Positions 15,361-24,950 of a stretch of DNA of 64,000 nucleotides are shown here, one piece after another. The stretch comes from a virus: IMG/VR virus record IMGVR_UViG_3300021963_000097, positions 1 through 64,000 of that record; one strand, 5' to 3'. A program made the position numbers and the translations under genes. The notes under the pieces were generated by a model. It made no database searches and was not told the origin of the DNA. It was given only the letters and a program-made list of their open reading frames with translations. How positions within the stretch are numbered: position 1 is the first letter of the stretch; each line of letters starts with the position of its first letter.

Positions 15361-17136
15361 ATGCCTAAGCCTAAAGAGCAAACGTTCTACCTCGGTAATA
15401 AAAACTTACCGGTACCAGAGACTAACTTTGACTGGACGCCAGAGATGGTGGAAGATCTTGAACGCGCACGCAAGTCTATATTACACTTCTCTCGTTTTTT
15501 TTATATTGTTAATCTTGACGAAGGTAAACAACCTATTAAGCTTTATACCTACCAGAAGCGTATATTAAAAGCACTCGTAGATAATAGATTTAACGTAGTA
15601 CTTGCTTCGCGACAAATTGGTAAAACGACAATCCTAACTATTTTTGCTCTCTGGATGGTGTGCTTCGCAGATGATTATAGAGTGCTTCTTATTGCTAATA
15701 AAGAAAGTACTGCTATTAATATCTTTAAACGTATTCGTTTAGCATATGAGATGTTACCTAACTTTTTAAAGCCAGGCGTTATCAACTATGCTAAGACTGG
15801 TATTGAATTAGCTAATGGTTCTTCTATTGGTATTAGTACTACGACTTCAGATGCAGCCAGAGGTGAATCTATTAATTGCCTTTTAATTGATGAGGCTGCA
15901 TTTATTCCGGCAGAGTTTATGAATGACTTTTGGGAATCAGTATTCCCGGTTATTTCGTCTTCTAAAAAGTCTAAGATCTTTATGTTGTCTACCCCTAATG
16001 GAGTGGGCAATCTCTTTTATAACATCTATACAGAATCATTAGATGGGGGTAATGGTTGGCATAATGAGAAAGTTGATTGGTGGGAGGTACCCGGTAGAGA
16101 TGAAAAATGGAGAGACATGACTGCTAAGGCTCTCGGTTCTACAGATGCATTCGATCAAGAGTACGGCAACTCCTTTAGATCTGCAGGGGAGAACGCTTTA
16201 GATAAAGATCAAATGGAAGAGTTTGAAAAGACTGCCCCAGATCCCGTACTTGTAAGCGAAGACGGATGCTACACAATTTTTAGAGAAAGAAAGGATAGAC
16301 ATTTCTATACTATCGGGGTTGACGTGGGAGAGGGTATACAGAGAGCTAACTCCACTATACAAGTACTGGATATAACGGATTTAACTAACATAGAACAGGT
16401 CGCTTCCTACGCTAATAACAAGCTAGATCCTTTTAACTTTGCAGGGAAGCTCGTGGAAGTAGCCCATGAATGGGGACGTCCTCCTTTACTAGTAGAACGT
16501 AACAATTGCGGTGCCCAAGTAATCGATGCTTTAGTACATACTCACAATTATGAGAGCATTGTGAAGTATACTCCGAGTATGGGTACTTTCACGGATAAGG
16601 TAGAAAGGGATAATCGGATGGGAGTGTATTCCCATACTAATAGCAAGTTTAATGCAATGTCTAATCTTAGATATTGGATGGGCACCTTAAGATGCTTAAA
16701 GTTAAACGATAAAGAGACTATTCAAGAATTTAAAACCTACGTAAGACAGGCTAATGGGGTGTGGAAGAAACAATCCGATCGCTATCTAGATGATAGAGTG
16801 GAAGCTTTAATTTGGGCATTATTTGCTCTAGATACCAAAGTTATAGAACAATTCTATGAGGTACTTGAGCGTGATGGTAATGGTAAGCCTTTAAAGATAT
16901 TACCTCTTAATTGGAACCCTTACGAGGTAACTGATAACCAATTTCCTAGTCAACAAGAATTATATAATAGATACGGTAAGGGCAAGATACCTTTAGATAG
17001 TAATCGTAATCCGGCTTTTATAGTAGGCAGCAATAAAGGTTCGGGCATTGCAGATATGGATGATATGATATCTCAAGGGTGGAAACCATTTAGCAGTAGC
17101 GGCAGTAGCGCCAGGCATGGTACTAGCTTATTTTAA
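15361..17136 (+). CDS. terL: terminase large subunit (T4 gp17-like)
   Basis: Walker A 'SRQIGKT', Walker B 'LLIDEAAF', 'STPNG', nuclease 'GVDVGEG', 'DDRV'. Confidence 0.95.
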   Translation: MPKPKEQTFYLGNKNLPVPETNFDWTPEMVEDLERARKSILHFSRFFYIVNLDEGKQPIKLYTYQKRILKALVDNRFNVVLASRQIGKTTILTIFALWMVCFADDYRVLLIANKESTAINIFKRIRLAYEMLPNFLKPGVINYAKTGIELANGSSIGISTTTSDAARGESINCLLIDEAAFIPAEFMNDFWESVFPVISSSKKSKIFMLSTPNGVGNLFYNIYTESLDGGNGWHNEKVDWWEVPGRDEKWRDMTAKALGSTDAFDQEYGNSFRSAGENALDKDQMEEFEKTAPDPVLVSEDGCYTIFRERKDRHFYTIGVDVGEGIQRANSTIQVLDITDLTNIEQVASYANNKLDPFNFAGKLVEVAHEWGRPPLLVERNNCGAQVIDALVHTHNYESIVKYTPSMGTFTDKVERDNRMGVYSHTNSKFNAMSNLRYWMGTLRCLKLNDKETIQEFKTYVRQANGVWKKQSDRYLDDRVEALIWALFALDTKVIEQFYEVLERDGNGKPLKILPLNWNPYEVTDNQFPSQQELYNRYGKGKIPLDSNRNPAFIVGSNKGSGIADMDDMISQGWKPFSSSGSSARHGTSLF

Positions 17137-17141
17137 TACAT

Positions 17142-17171
17142 AAAAAAACCCGCTAAGTTAATAGCGGGTTT
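17142..17171. terminator. bidirectional terminator
   Basis: AAAAAAACCCGCTA/TAGCGGGTTT between convergent genes. Confidence 0.75.
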
Positions 17172-17192
17172 AGTATTTAAACTTACTATGTC

Positions 17193-18179
17193 TTACTCAA
17201 ACATCTTCTTACCTGCAACAAGATTACCGGTCTTGTTATTCTTGCCTTGAAGAGCGGCATTGTTACCTTTCTCTTCTTTTGGCTCTGGCTGACTCTTTAA
17301 TGAACCTTTTTCTGCTGTGCCGCCAGCTTTATGGAGGTCACCGACTTTATTGTTCTTACCTTGGAGAGCGGCATTGTTGCCTTTCTCTTCCTTTGGCTCT
17401 GGTTGGGAGACTGCTTCAACCTTAACACTATCACCCATAGGTGCTTCGTCTGCACCATCTTCACTGCCGGCTTCGTCGCCGTCGTTTACTGAAACGCCTA
17501 AGCTTGACATTAAAATGTCATGAAGCTTTTGCGCTAATTCTTTTGGAAGAGTGATTGTTACATCTTGGGACTCTTCATCTGCACCCATGTCAGGGGCATC
17601 AGCGGCTGCATCATCGGCAGCTGCAACACCGTCCATGGCGTCTTCACTAGCATGCACAGGCACACTAGCATCTTCGGTGAAAGGAATGCCTTTAATTGCT
17701 TCCTCGTATAGTTGATCGAATTTTGGTTTTGACATAGTAAAATGTGGTTTGTAGTTATACTTATTACTCTCTTGTGCAGATTCCCGTACTTTTTCTTGCG
17801 GTGTTGTATTTTTTGCTGTTTCTGCCTCGTGAGCATTTTCTTTATCTTCCTTAGATTCTTTATCTTCTTCAACATCTTTCATTTCTTTTGGATCAGATGC
17901 TGGATCTTGAATCTTATCTACTTTCTTAAAATCGTTACCTTTAAGTCCCTCTGGGCCTGTCTTCTTTTGAAGAGGTGATATCTCTCCCTTAGTGCCTGGG
18001 CCGCCACCTAATGGACTGCCGGGCTTAACCTGCTTTTCTTCCTTAAGATACTGATTAACATCAGTCGCTAAAATGGTGTTAGATGCTTGTTCTGTTACCA
18101 TAGATGCAATAGCATTCTGTGGAGTAGATGCAATACTTGCATATATATCACCGAGTTCTGAAAGGGATTTAAGCTTCAT
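17193..18179 (-). CDS. low-complexity charged protein, possible prohead core/internal protein
   Basis: Acidic and K-rich segments; 21-aa duplicated SQPEPKEEKGNNAALQGKNNK; TAAATA upstream. Confidence 0.65.
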   Translation of the reverse strand: MKLKSLSELGDIYASIASTPQNAIASMVTEQASNTILATDVNQYLKEEKQVKPGSPLGGGPGTKGEISPLQKKTGPEGLKGNDFKKVDKIQDPASDPKEMKDVEEDKESKEDKENAHEAETAKNTTPQEKVRESAQESNKYNYKPHFTMSKPKFDQLYEEAIKGIPFTEDASVPVHASEDAMDGVAAADDAAADAPDMGADEESQDVTITLPKELAQKLHDILMSSLGVSVNDGDEAGSEDGADEAPMGDSVKVEAVSQPEPKEEKGNNAALQGKNNKVGDLHKAGGTAEKGSLKSQPEPKEEKGNNAALQGKNNKTGNLVAGKKMFE

Positions 18180-18237
18180 GTATAATATTATTTAGTATAT
18201 TTGTCTTTAATTCTATACATTATAGTAAATATTTTTA

Positions 18238-19383
18238 ATGGCTAGTTATATATCTAAATACTGCATTGATACCGGAAGCTACGTTGCCCCGGGGACTGAC
18301 GAGGTAGGCGACACGTTAAGTGGTGGTTATAACTGTACCTATGGTACGAGCGGGGTGAGATACTTGAGTGTAAGTTCTACCGCAGCAGAAAGAAGCTTGT
18401 TTAACAATTGGTGGAAAGAACAAATTGGTCAATACGGTCAACAAGTTGATTACTTTATAAATGGATATAATTTATCTGCTCATGATTATTTTTACGGAGA
18501 ACAGCCACTAGTAAGATACTCTATAGCATTCCCTATAGTAATGGCATTAACATTAAGTAATGATAATGTTGTATTAAGCAAATTCGGTCTACAAGGAGAT
18601 GCTGACTTAACTGCAATTATTCCAATTGATACTTTTTACTCGACTGTAACTGCTATGAGTGGGGTATTGTCGGCTTCTAACTACGAGCCTAAGGCAGGGG
18701 ATTTAATTAAATTAACCGAATACGGCTCGCTTCGCCCGGGTGGTAGAAATGGTAGAGTATTCGAAATAACCGAGCGTGTAGATGAAATGGGGGGAGAGAA
18801 TAATCAGCTATTCGGTCATTATGTGTGGATGATAAAAGCGAAACGCTTTGACTTTAATTATGAACTTGATGCACCTCGCGAGGCTCTTATGGATCAGGTG
18901 TATGATAATAAGTCTGATGGAGTATTAAATAATCTACCTAAGATTATAGAGACAAAAGAATACACACAATTCGTTGATAAAGATTCTACTGAGGTATTTA
19001 ACTATAAAGAAAATACCCAAGCTAACACTAGTGTATACGGGGATTATGATGATAATAATACTCTTGTAAATCTTATTGGAGTAAGTAATAGTAGTGGTAT
19101 TAATACGGGAGCATTAGGAGCTTCAGCTAGTACTTTTGTTGTTCTTGAAAGTCCAAGCAATTATAACTCCGCAGCTGCAACCTCCGCGGTTACTACAGCA
19201 AATAATAACGCTCTATATACTCTTTACACTTTACTTTCTACATACAACCCAAGCTTAAGCGCTATGGCTCCAGTAATACCCGCAAATGATTCTGTTGCAG
19301 AAAACGCGCGGGTTCCTGCACCATTTAATCTTGCAACTCTTGCATCTTTACTGTCTGCATTAGGGTATATACCCCCACCTTAA
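18238..19383 (+). CDS. neck / head-closure protein (T4 gp14-like)
   Basis: 'EQI.QYGQ.V.Y', 'YGE', 'SKFGL', 'PKAGDLI', 'FEIT', 'F.FNYE'. Confidence 0.7.
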   Translation: MASYISKYCIDTGSYVAPGTDEVGDTLSGGYNCTYGTSGVRYLSVSSTAAERSLFNNWWKEQIGQYGQQVDYFINGYNLSAHDYFYGEQPLVRYSIAFPIVMALTLSNDNVVLSKFGLQGDADLTAIIPIDTFYSTVTAMSGVLSASNYEPKAGDLIKLTEYGSLRPGGRNGRVFEITERVDEMGGENNQLFGHYVWMIKAKRFDFNYELDAPREALMDQVYDNKSDGVLNNLPKIIETKEYTQFVDKDSTEVFNYKENTQANTSVYGDYDDNNTLVNLIGVSNSSGINTGALGASASTFVVLESPSNYNSAAATSAVTTANNNALYTLYTLLSTYNPSLSAMAPVIPANDSVAENARVPAPFNLATLASLLSALGYIPPP

Positions 19384-19406
19384 CTTTAAATATCTAATAC
19401 TATTAT

Positions 19407-21476
19407 ATGTCTGTCGATTTTCCTAATTTAATTTTTCCACATGAGCTTACTCAGGTTGTACCTATATCAGCGGATTTAATTTTTCTAGAAAGAAATAATG
19501 GTGGCGGGTCATATAGTTCTTATAGTACCACACTTTCAGCATTATCAGCTGCAGGCTTTATAGGTCTTGACGGCACATCAGGATATTCAGGTTATAGCGG
19601 CATTCCTGGTTCAGCTGTAGCTTCTGGTTATTCTGGTTATAGCGGCTCATCTGGTTACAGCGGCACGTCTGGTTATAGTGGGGTCGTCGGCAGCTCAGGC
19701 TATAGTGGGGTTTCCGGTTATAGTGGCGTTGACGGCAGTTCTGGTTTTTCTGGTTATAGTGGGGTCGTCGGCAGCTCAGGCTACTCTGGAGCATCAGGTT
19801 ATAGTGGCATAGGTACCTCAGGCTACTCTGGAGCATCTGGTTATAGTGGCGTTATCGGCAGTTCTGGTTATTCTGGTTATAGCGGTACCGGCACTTCAGG
19901 CTATAGCGGCGTATCTGGTTATAGTGGAGATGGTACGTCTGGCTATAGTGGTACGTCTGGTTACAGTGGCGCGGGTGCGTCTGGTTATAGCGGTGTATCA
20001 GGCTATAGCGGTGCATCAGGCTATAGCGGTATTTCTGGTTATACTGGAGAGTCTGGCTACAGCGGTATATCAGGCTATTCTGGTATTTCTGGTTACTCAG
20101 GTTCTGGTGTGTCAGGGTATAGTGGGGCCGGAACTTCTGGTTACTCTGGTTATAGTGGTGCGTCTGGCTATTACGGTCAAGACGGTGCTTCTGGTTATTC
20201 CGGTATATCAGGCTATAGTGGTATAGGTACTTCAGGCTACTCTGGTACCTCTGGTTATAGCGGAGCAGGCGATTCAGGGTATTCAGGTTATTCCGGCGGC
20301 GGGGCCGTTTATGCTAACGATTTATTAGTATCATTAACGGGAGGTAGAACTTTTGGAAGGTATATAACTGGATCGATTATACCTGCGACGGGTAAAACAG
20401 CAGCTGAAGTTATTCAACTAGCTATAGCAGAGCCTATTGCACCTTCAGTATCTTTAAGCACGCCTGCTGCTATTACATTTAATAATACAACAATTAGTAA
20501 TGCTCTTACTTTCAGTTATATACTTAGTTCTGTTGGCGCGACTGTTACTACAGCAATATTAGAGTGGGCGCGAGCAAGTACTCCTCCGTATGGTACTGGT
20601 GGGGCGTCTACTTGGGTAACTCTTTTCTCGGCAACGTCTGCAACAAGCTTTAGTATCACTCATACTTTAACGGACCAAAACTGGGCTACAAATACTTTTT
20701 ATTATCGCTATACTGTTACAGACTCTGTAGGGGCTTCTGCGCAGGCTACAAGTCAACGCGCTCCAACCGCATATAGTAACCCTGGTGTGTCGCTTACGGT
20801 AGCTGCTATATCTGCCACAGCATCTCCTGAAACCTCTAGTAGTAGAGAAAAAGGTAATACAGCGACTACAGTTACTGGTACTATTACTCAAAATAATAAT
20901 AGTACATATGTAGCATTAAGTGCATACAAATTACAATACAATGCAGGTCCCTCTTGGGTAGATTTGGGTAACACGGTACTCATAGGCCCAGGAACGACTA
21001 GCGTGACATCTACAAGACTTGTTAATGATTCTCTTTCTGCTGCAACGTCAATTGCGTTCCGCGCCATAGTGTATGACGCGTATTACAATTCTCTTAATAG
21101 TAGTTACACTAGTGGTACGGCCGCTACTGTTTCTCTTTATAATATGATATGGTACGGCCCCGTCGCAGCTGAACCCACTACATCCGCAGATGTTAGAGCA
21201 ATGAATACTCGTCAGTTTATACAGGCCCTATCCAACCCATTTAACTTAATAACCGGTACAACCTACCAGACGTTTACGGTAGCAATGCCTGCTACCGTTA
21301 GTATCACAAATGTGATCGACTTAGATGCATTAAATGCTGATATAACTGCAAGCTATATTAATTCAACATTTAATGTAAATGATTATGCGGGTACAGCAGT
21401 ATCATATAACGTCTATACAATGTCTAACGCATCAGTTTATTCATCGTCTCATAGACACCAAGTAACTCGCGCTTAA
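19407..21476 (+). CDS. (Ser-Gly-X)n repeat structural/fibre protein
   Basis: About 240 aa of SGY/SGT repeats plus a Thr/Ser-rich beta C-terminus. Confidence 0.8.
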   Translation: MSVDFPNLIFPHELTQVVPISADLIFLERNNGGGSYSSYSTTLSALSAAGFIGLDGTSGYSGYSGIPGSAVASGYSGYSGSSGYSGTSGYSGVVGSSGYSGVSGYSGVDGSSGFSGYSGVVGSSGYSGASGYSGIGTSGYSGASGYSGVIGSSGYSGYSGTGTSGYSGVSGYSGDGTSGYSGTSGYSGAGASGYSGVSGYSGASGYSGISGYTGESGYSGISGYSGISGYSGSGVSGYSGAGTSGYSGYSGASGYYGQDGASGYSGISGYSGIGTSGYSGTSGYSGAGDSGYSGYSGGGAVYANDLLVSLTGGRTFGRYITGSIIPATGKTAAEVIQLAIAEPIAPSVSLSTPAAITFNNTTISNALTFSYILSSVGATVTTAILEWARASTPPYGTGGASTWVTLFSATSATSFSITHTLTDQNWATNTFYYRYTVTDSVGASAQATSQRAPTAYSNPGVSLTVAAISATASPETSSSREKGNTATTVTGTITQNNNSTYVALSAYKLQYNAGPSWVDLGNTVLIGPGTTSVTSTRLVNDSLSAATSIAFRAIVYDAYYNSLNSSYTSGTAATVSLYNMIWYGPVAAEPTTSADVRAMNTRQFIQALSNPFNLITGTTYQTFTVAMPATVSITNVIDLDALNADITASYINSTFNVNDYAGTAVSYNVYTMSNASVYSSSHRHQVTRA

Positions 21477-21488
21477 TAAATATTTAAA

Positions 21489-24400
21489 ATGTCTTTAACC
21501 CCAGGTCTACAACTTCCATATGGTATACAGCCGGTTAACCCGGTACCAGTTGATGCATGGTCCGGGCCATATACTGGTGCTACAGAAGTAGCGGCTCTTT
21601 CAGCTGCAAATGCAGCGATCACTGCTGGTATACGATTCCAGTCCATGCAGGTACGGCTTATTATAGCTAGTGTCCCGTACATATATTGGTATTATACCGG
21701 GGTAGCAGATGCTGATCTAGTGATATTTGCAGGCGGAGCAGGTTCTTCTGGTTACTCTGGATACTCAGGTATTAGTGGTGCTACAGGTGGAGCAGCGTCA
21801 TCTGGCTACTCAGGCTACTCCGGTATATCTGGTTTCAGTGGCGATTCAGGCTACTCTGGTATTTCTGGCTTTAGCGGTATTTCTGGTACATCTGGTTATT
21901 CTGGTCAAGACGGATCATCTGGATATTCAGGCATAAGCGGTTACTCTGGTATTTCTGGAGCGTCTGGTTATTATGGACAAGACGGAGCATCTGGCTACTC
22001 TGGTATATCAGGTTACTCTGGTATATCTGGTTTCAGTGGTATATCTGGCTATTCTGGTATAAGCGGTTGGTCTGGCTATTCTGGTATTTCTGGCTATAGT
22101 GGTATATCTGGCGAATCTGGATGGTCTGGCTATTCCGGAATCTCAGGCTACTCTGGTATTAGTGGCTATTCGGGTATTTCCGGCTACTCTGGTATTAGTG
22201 GCGAAGCGGGCGCGGTCGCTGCATCAGGCTATTCTGGTATATCTGGTTACTCTGGTATATCTGGTTTCAGTGGTATATCTGGCTATAGTGGCTTTTCAGG
22301 TATATCTGGTTACTCAGGCGTCTCAGGTTTTTCAGGTTCAGGCTTTAGTGGGTATAGTGGCTTTAGTGGTCTTAACACCCCTTTACTTCAGACGGTAACT
22401 TATAATAATAATTTTACTGCCGGTCAAGTAATTTATAAAACATCAGGGGGGTATGCGTTAGCGCGTGCTGACGCAGTTGAAACATCTGAAGCAATTGGTA
22501 TAGTTCAAGCTGCTGACCCAACCCAATTTACATATGTAATAAACGGAGCGATTTTTTACTTAACGGGGATTACAGACGCTGCATATTATTATTTATCTGA
22601 TATTTCTGCGGGGGCACTCACCACCACCGCCCCTGAAAATGTGGGTTGTGTAATTAAGCCCATGCTTATCGGCACTAGTAGTAGTACTGGTATTGTAGTT
22701 GAGTATCCTGGAGTAGTAATTGGGAGTACTAATAATGGTGCAAGCGGTTATTTAGCGTTATGGACTGGTAACCATTCTTTAGGTAATAGTATTATACAAG
22801 AGTTGAATGGTACTATAACTATTAATGGTATTGTAAATGTAACTGGCTCATATCAATTAAGTGGTGGTCCAATCGCTGCATCAGGTTACTCAGGCTATTC
22901 AGGTCATTATGGACAAGATGGTTCTTCTGGTTATAGCGGTAAGTCTGGCTATAGTGGTGTAATAGGCAATTCCGGACTTAGTGGTTATAGCGGTATATCA
23001 GGCTTTAGTGGGTCGGCATTTGTAGGCTCGTCTGGGTATTCTGGAGTATCAGGTTATTCTGGCTTTAGTGGCTACTCTGGTGTCTCGGGATGGTCCGGAA
23101 TATCTGGTTTAGGAGTAACAGCAAGTTTTGCTCGAGGCTCTCGTAGTACCGCTCAAACAACTGGCTTAAGTGCAAACGGAGTAATATATTTTAATCAAAC
23201 CGATATTAGCTACGGGTCTGATATTAGTTTAAATAATGCCAATGGGGTTATAACTTTAGCGGCAGATAAAACTTATAGACTGATAGCGTCTGTGCCGACC
23301 TGGGCAGGAAGTTCAGCGCGCCCGGCTTTTGGCTGGTATAATAATACTACAAGCGCTTATATCGGTAGTATACAACCTAGCTACAACGTAGCAGATACAG
23401 CGGGTAATTCTGCTAACCCAAGTATAGCTGAATATATTTTTACCCCCGGGGTCAGTACTGATGTTACTTTTCGGGTTGCAGGTCTTATTGTCGGTACTCT
23501 ATCTCAACTAGGGGCCAATACAGACTTTACAACCACTGGCTCTTATCCCTGGTTTGAAATTGAAGTAATTGCTGGTCAAGCACCCTCAATGTCAGGATAT
23601 TCCGGTATTAGTGGTTACAGCGGAACAGGGGTGTCAGGCTGGTCAGGCTGGTCTGGCTATTCAGGTACCGGCCCTTCCGGTTACTCTGGTATTAGCGGTT
23701 ATAGCGGAGTATCGGGTTATTCTGGTATCAGTGGTATTTCTGGTATATCAGGGTATTCTGGTGCGATAGGCACTGGCGGTGCGTTAGGATATTGGGGGTC
23801 ATTCTGGGATACAACCACTCAAACTGCTTCGGCAATTAGTACCCCGCAACCTATAACATTAAATAGTTATGATGTAGCTAATAACGGGATCACAGTTGCT
23901 TCGAGTAGTCAAATAACCTTTGCATATTCCGGGGTTTATAGTATTACATTTTCTATTCAATTAACCAATCGTGGCACTGCAAATGGGTCTACTCAATTTT
24001 TCCTTAAAAAGAATGGTACTATCTTAGCAGATACTAACTCTCACTACGACGTTCCAGATAAACAAGGAAGTGCGTTTTCATCAGAAATATTGACGGTAAA
24101 TTTTGTCTTGTCGTTATCAGCTGGGGATTATTTGCAGCTTTTTTGGCAAACAGTTAATACTGATGTTTTAATTGAAACAATTCCTTCTAACTCGACTTAC
24201 CCAAGATCTCCTTCAGTTATCTTAACAGCTACTCAAGTAATGTACACCCAGTCCGGTTATTCTGGTACAAGTGGTTATTCTGGCTATTCTGGTTATAGTG
24301 GTATTTCTGGCTACTCTGGTATTAGCGGTTATTCCGGTATATCAGGCTATTCTGGCTATAGTGGGACAGGCACGTCTGGCTATTCTGGCTATAGCGGCGC

Positions 24401-24854
24401 AGGCACGTCTGGCTATTCTGGCTATAGCGGTTGGTCTGGTTATAGTGGTAGTGGGGTAAGCGGTTATTCTGGATATTCTGGGACAGGTTATACTGGTACT
24501 ACAGGGTCTTGGACATTATCAGCTGGCGATAATACGGTAAGCTTTACTGTACCAATAGGTAACACTTACACAATGTGGGTTAATGGTAACATTCCGAACG
24601 GTATTTGCGTATGGAACGCAACTGCGACTGTCACAAATACTAACGTTCCGGTAATCGGGGTACAGTATGCCTGGTATTACTTAGCTGGGAATGCCTTAAC
24701 ACTTACATCTATACCTGCTCAAATCCTAGGAACAGCCGGTGCTATTAGTACTGCTTCCCCCGCAGTTGGTACAACTACTAATGTGTTTATATTCGGTATC
24801 ACTAATAATAGTGGTTCCTCTCAAGTAGTTAACTGGGGTTATATTGAAATTTAA
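21489..24854 (+). CDS. (Ser-Gly-X)n repeat fibre protein with interspersed globular domains
   Basis: Several SGY/SGI blocks; decoration-like and C1q/BclA-like beta domains. Confidence 0.8.
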   Translation: MSLTPGLQLPYGIQPVNPVPVDAWSGPYTGATEVAALSAANAAITAGIRFQSMQVRLIIASVPYIYWYYTGVADADLVIFAGGAGSSGYSGYSGISGATGGAASSGYSGYSGISGFSGDSGYSGISGFSGISGTSGYSGQDGSSGYSGISGYSGISGASGYYGQDGASGYSGISGYSGISGFSGISGYSGISGWSGYSGISGYSGISGESGWSGYSGISGYSGISGYSGISGYSGISGEAGAVAASGYSGISGYSGISGFSGISGYSGFSGISGYSGVSGFSGSGFSGYSGFSGLNTPLLQTVTYNNNFTAGQVIYKTSGGYALARADAVETSEAIGIVQAADPTQFTYVINGAIFYLTGITDAAYYYLSDISAGALTTTAPENVGCVIKPMLIGTSSSTGIVVEYPGVVIGSTNNGASGYLALWTGNHSLGNSIIQELNGTITINGIVNVTGSYQLSGGPIAASGYSGYSGHYGQDGSSGYSGKSGYSGVIGNSGLSGYSGISGFSGSAFVGSSGYSGVSGYSGFSGYSGVSGWSGISGLGVTASFARGSRSTAQTTGLSANGVIYFNQTDISYGSDISLNNANGVITLAADKTYRLIASVPTWAGSSARPAFGWYNNTTSAYIGSIQPSYNVADTAGNSANPSIAEYIFTPGVSTDVTFRVAGLIVGTLSQLGANTDFTTTGSYPWFEIEVIAGQAPSMSGYSGISGYSGTGVSGWSGWSGYSGTGPSGYSGISGYSGVSGYSGISGISGISGYSGAIGTGGALGYWGSFWDTTTQTASAISTPQPITLNSYDVANNGITVASSSQITFAYSGVYSITFSIQLTNRGTANGSTQFFLKKNGTILADTNSHYDVPDKQGSAFSSEILTVNFVLSLSAGDYLQLFWQTVNTDVLIETIPSNSTYPRSPSVILTATQVMYTQSGYSGTSGYSGYSGYSGISGYSGISGYSGISGYSGYSGTGTSGYSGYSGAGTSGYSGYSGWSGYSGSGVSGYSGYSGTGYTGTTGSWTLSAGDNTVSFTVPIGNTYTMWVNGNIPNGICVWNATATVTNTNVPVIGVQYAWYYLAGNALTLTSIPAQILGTAGAISTASPAVGTTTNVFIFGITNNSGSSQVVNWGYIEI

Positions 24855-24950
24855 TAAAGAGAATTAAAAAATACAAATATATAATTTTATTTATTGGTAT
24901 TTTTACCAATACCCTCGCGAGACTGTATAAGTATGTTATAATACAAATTT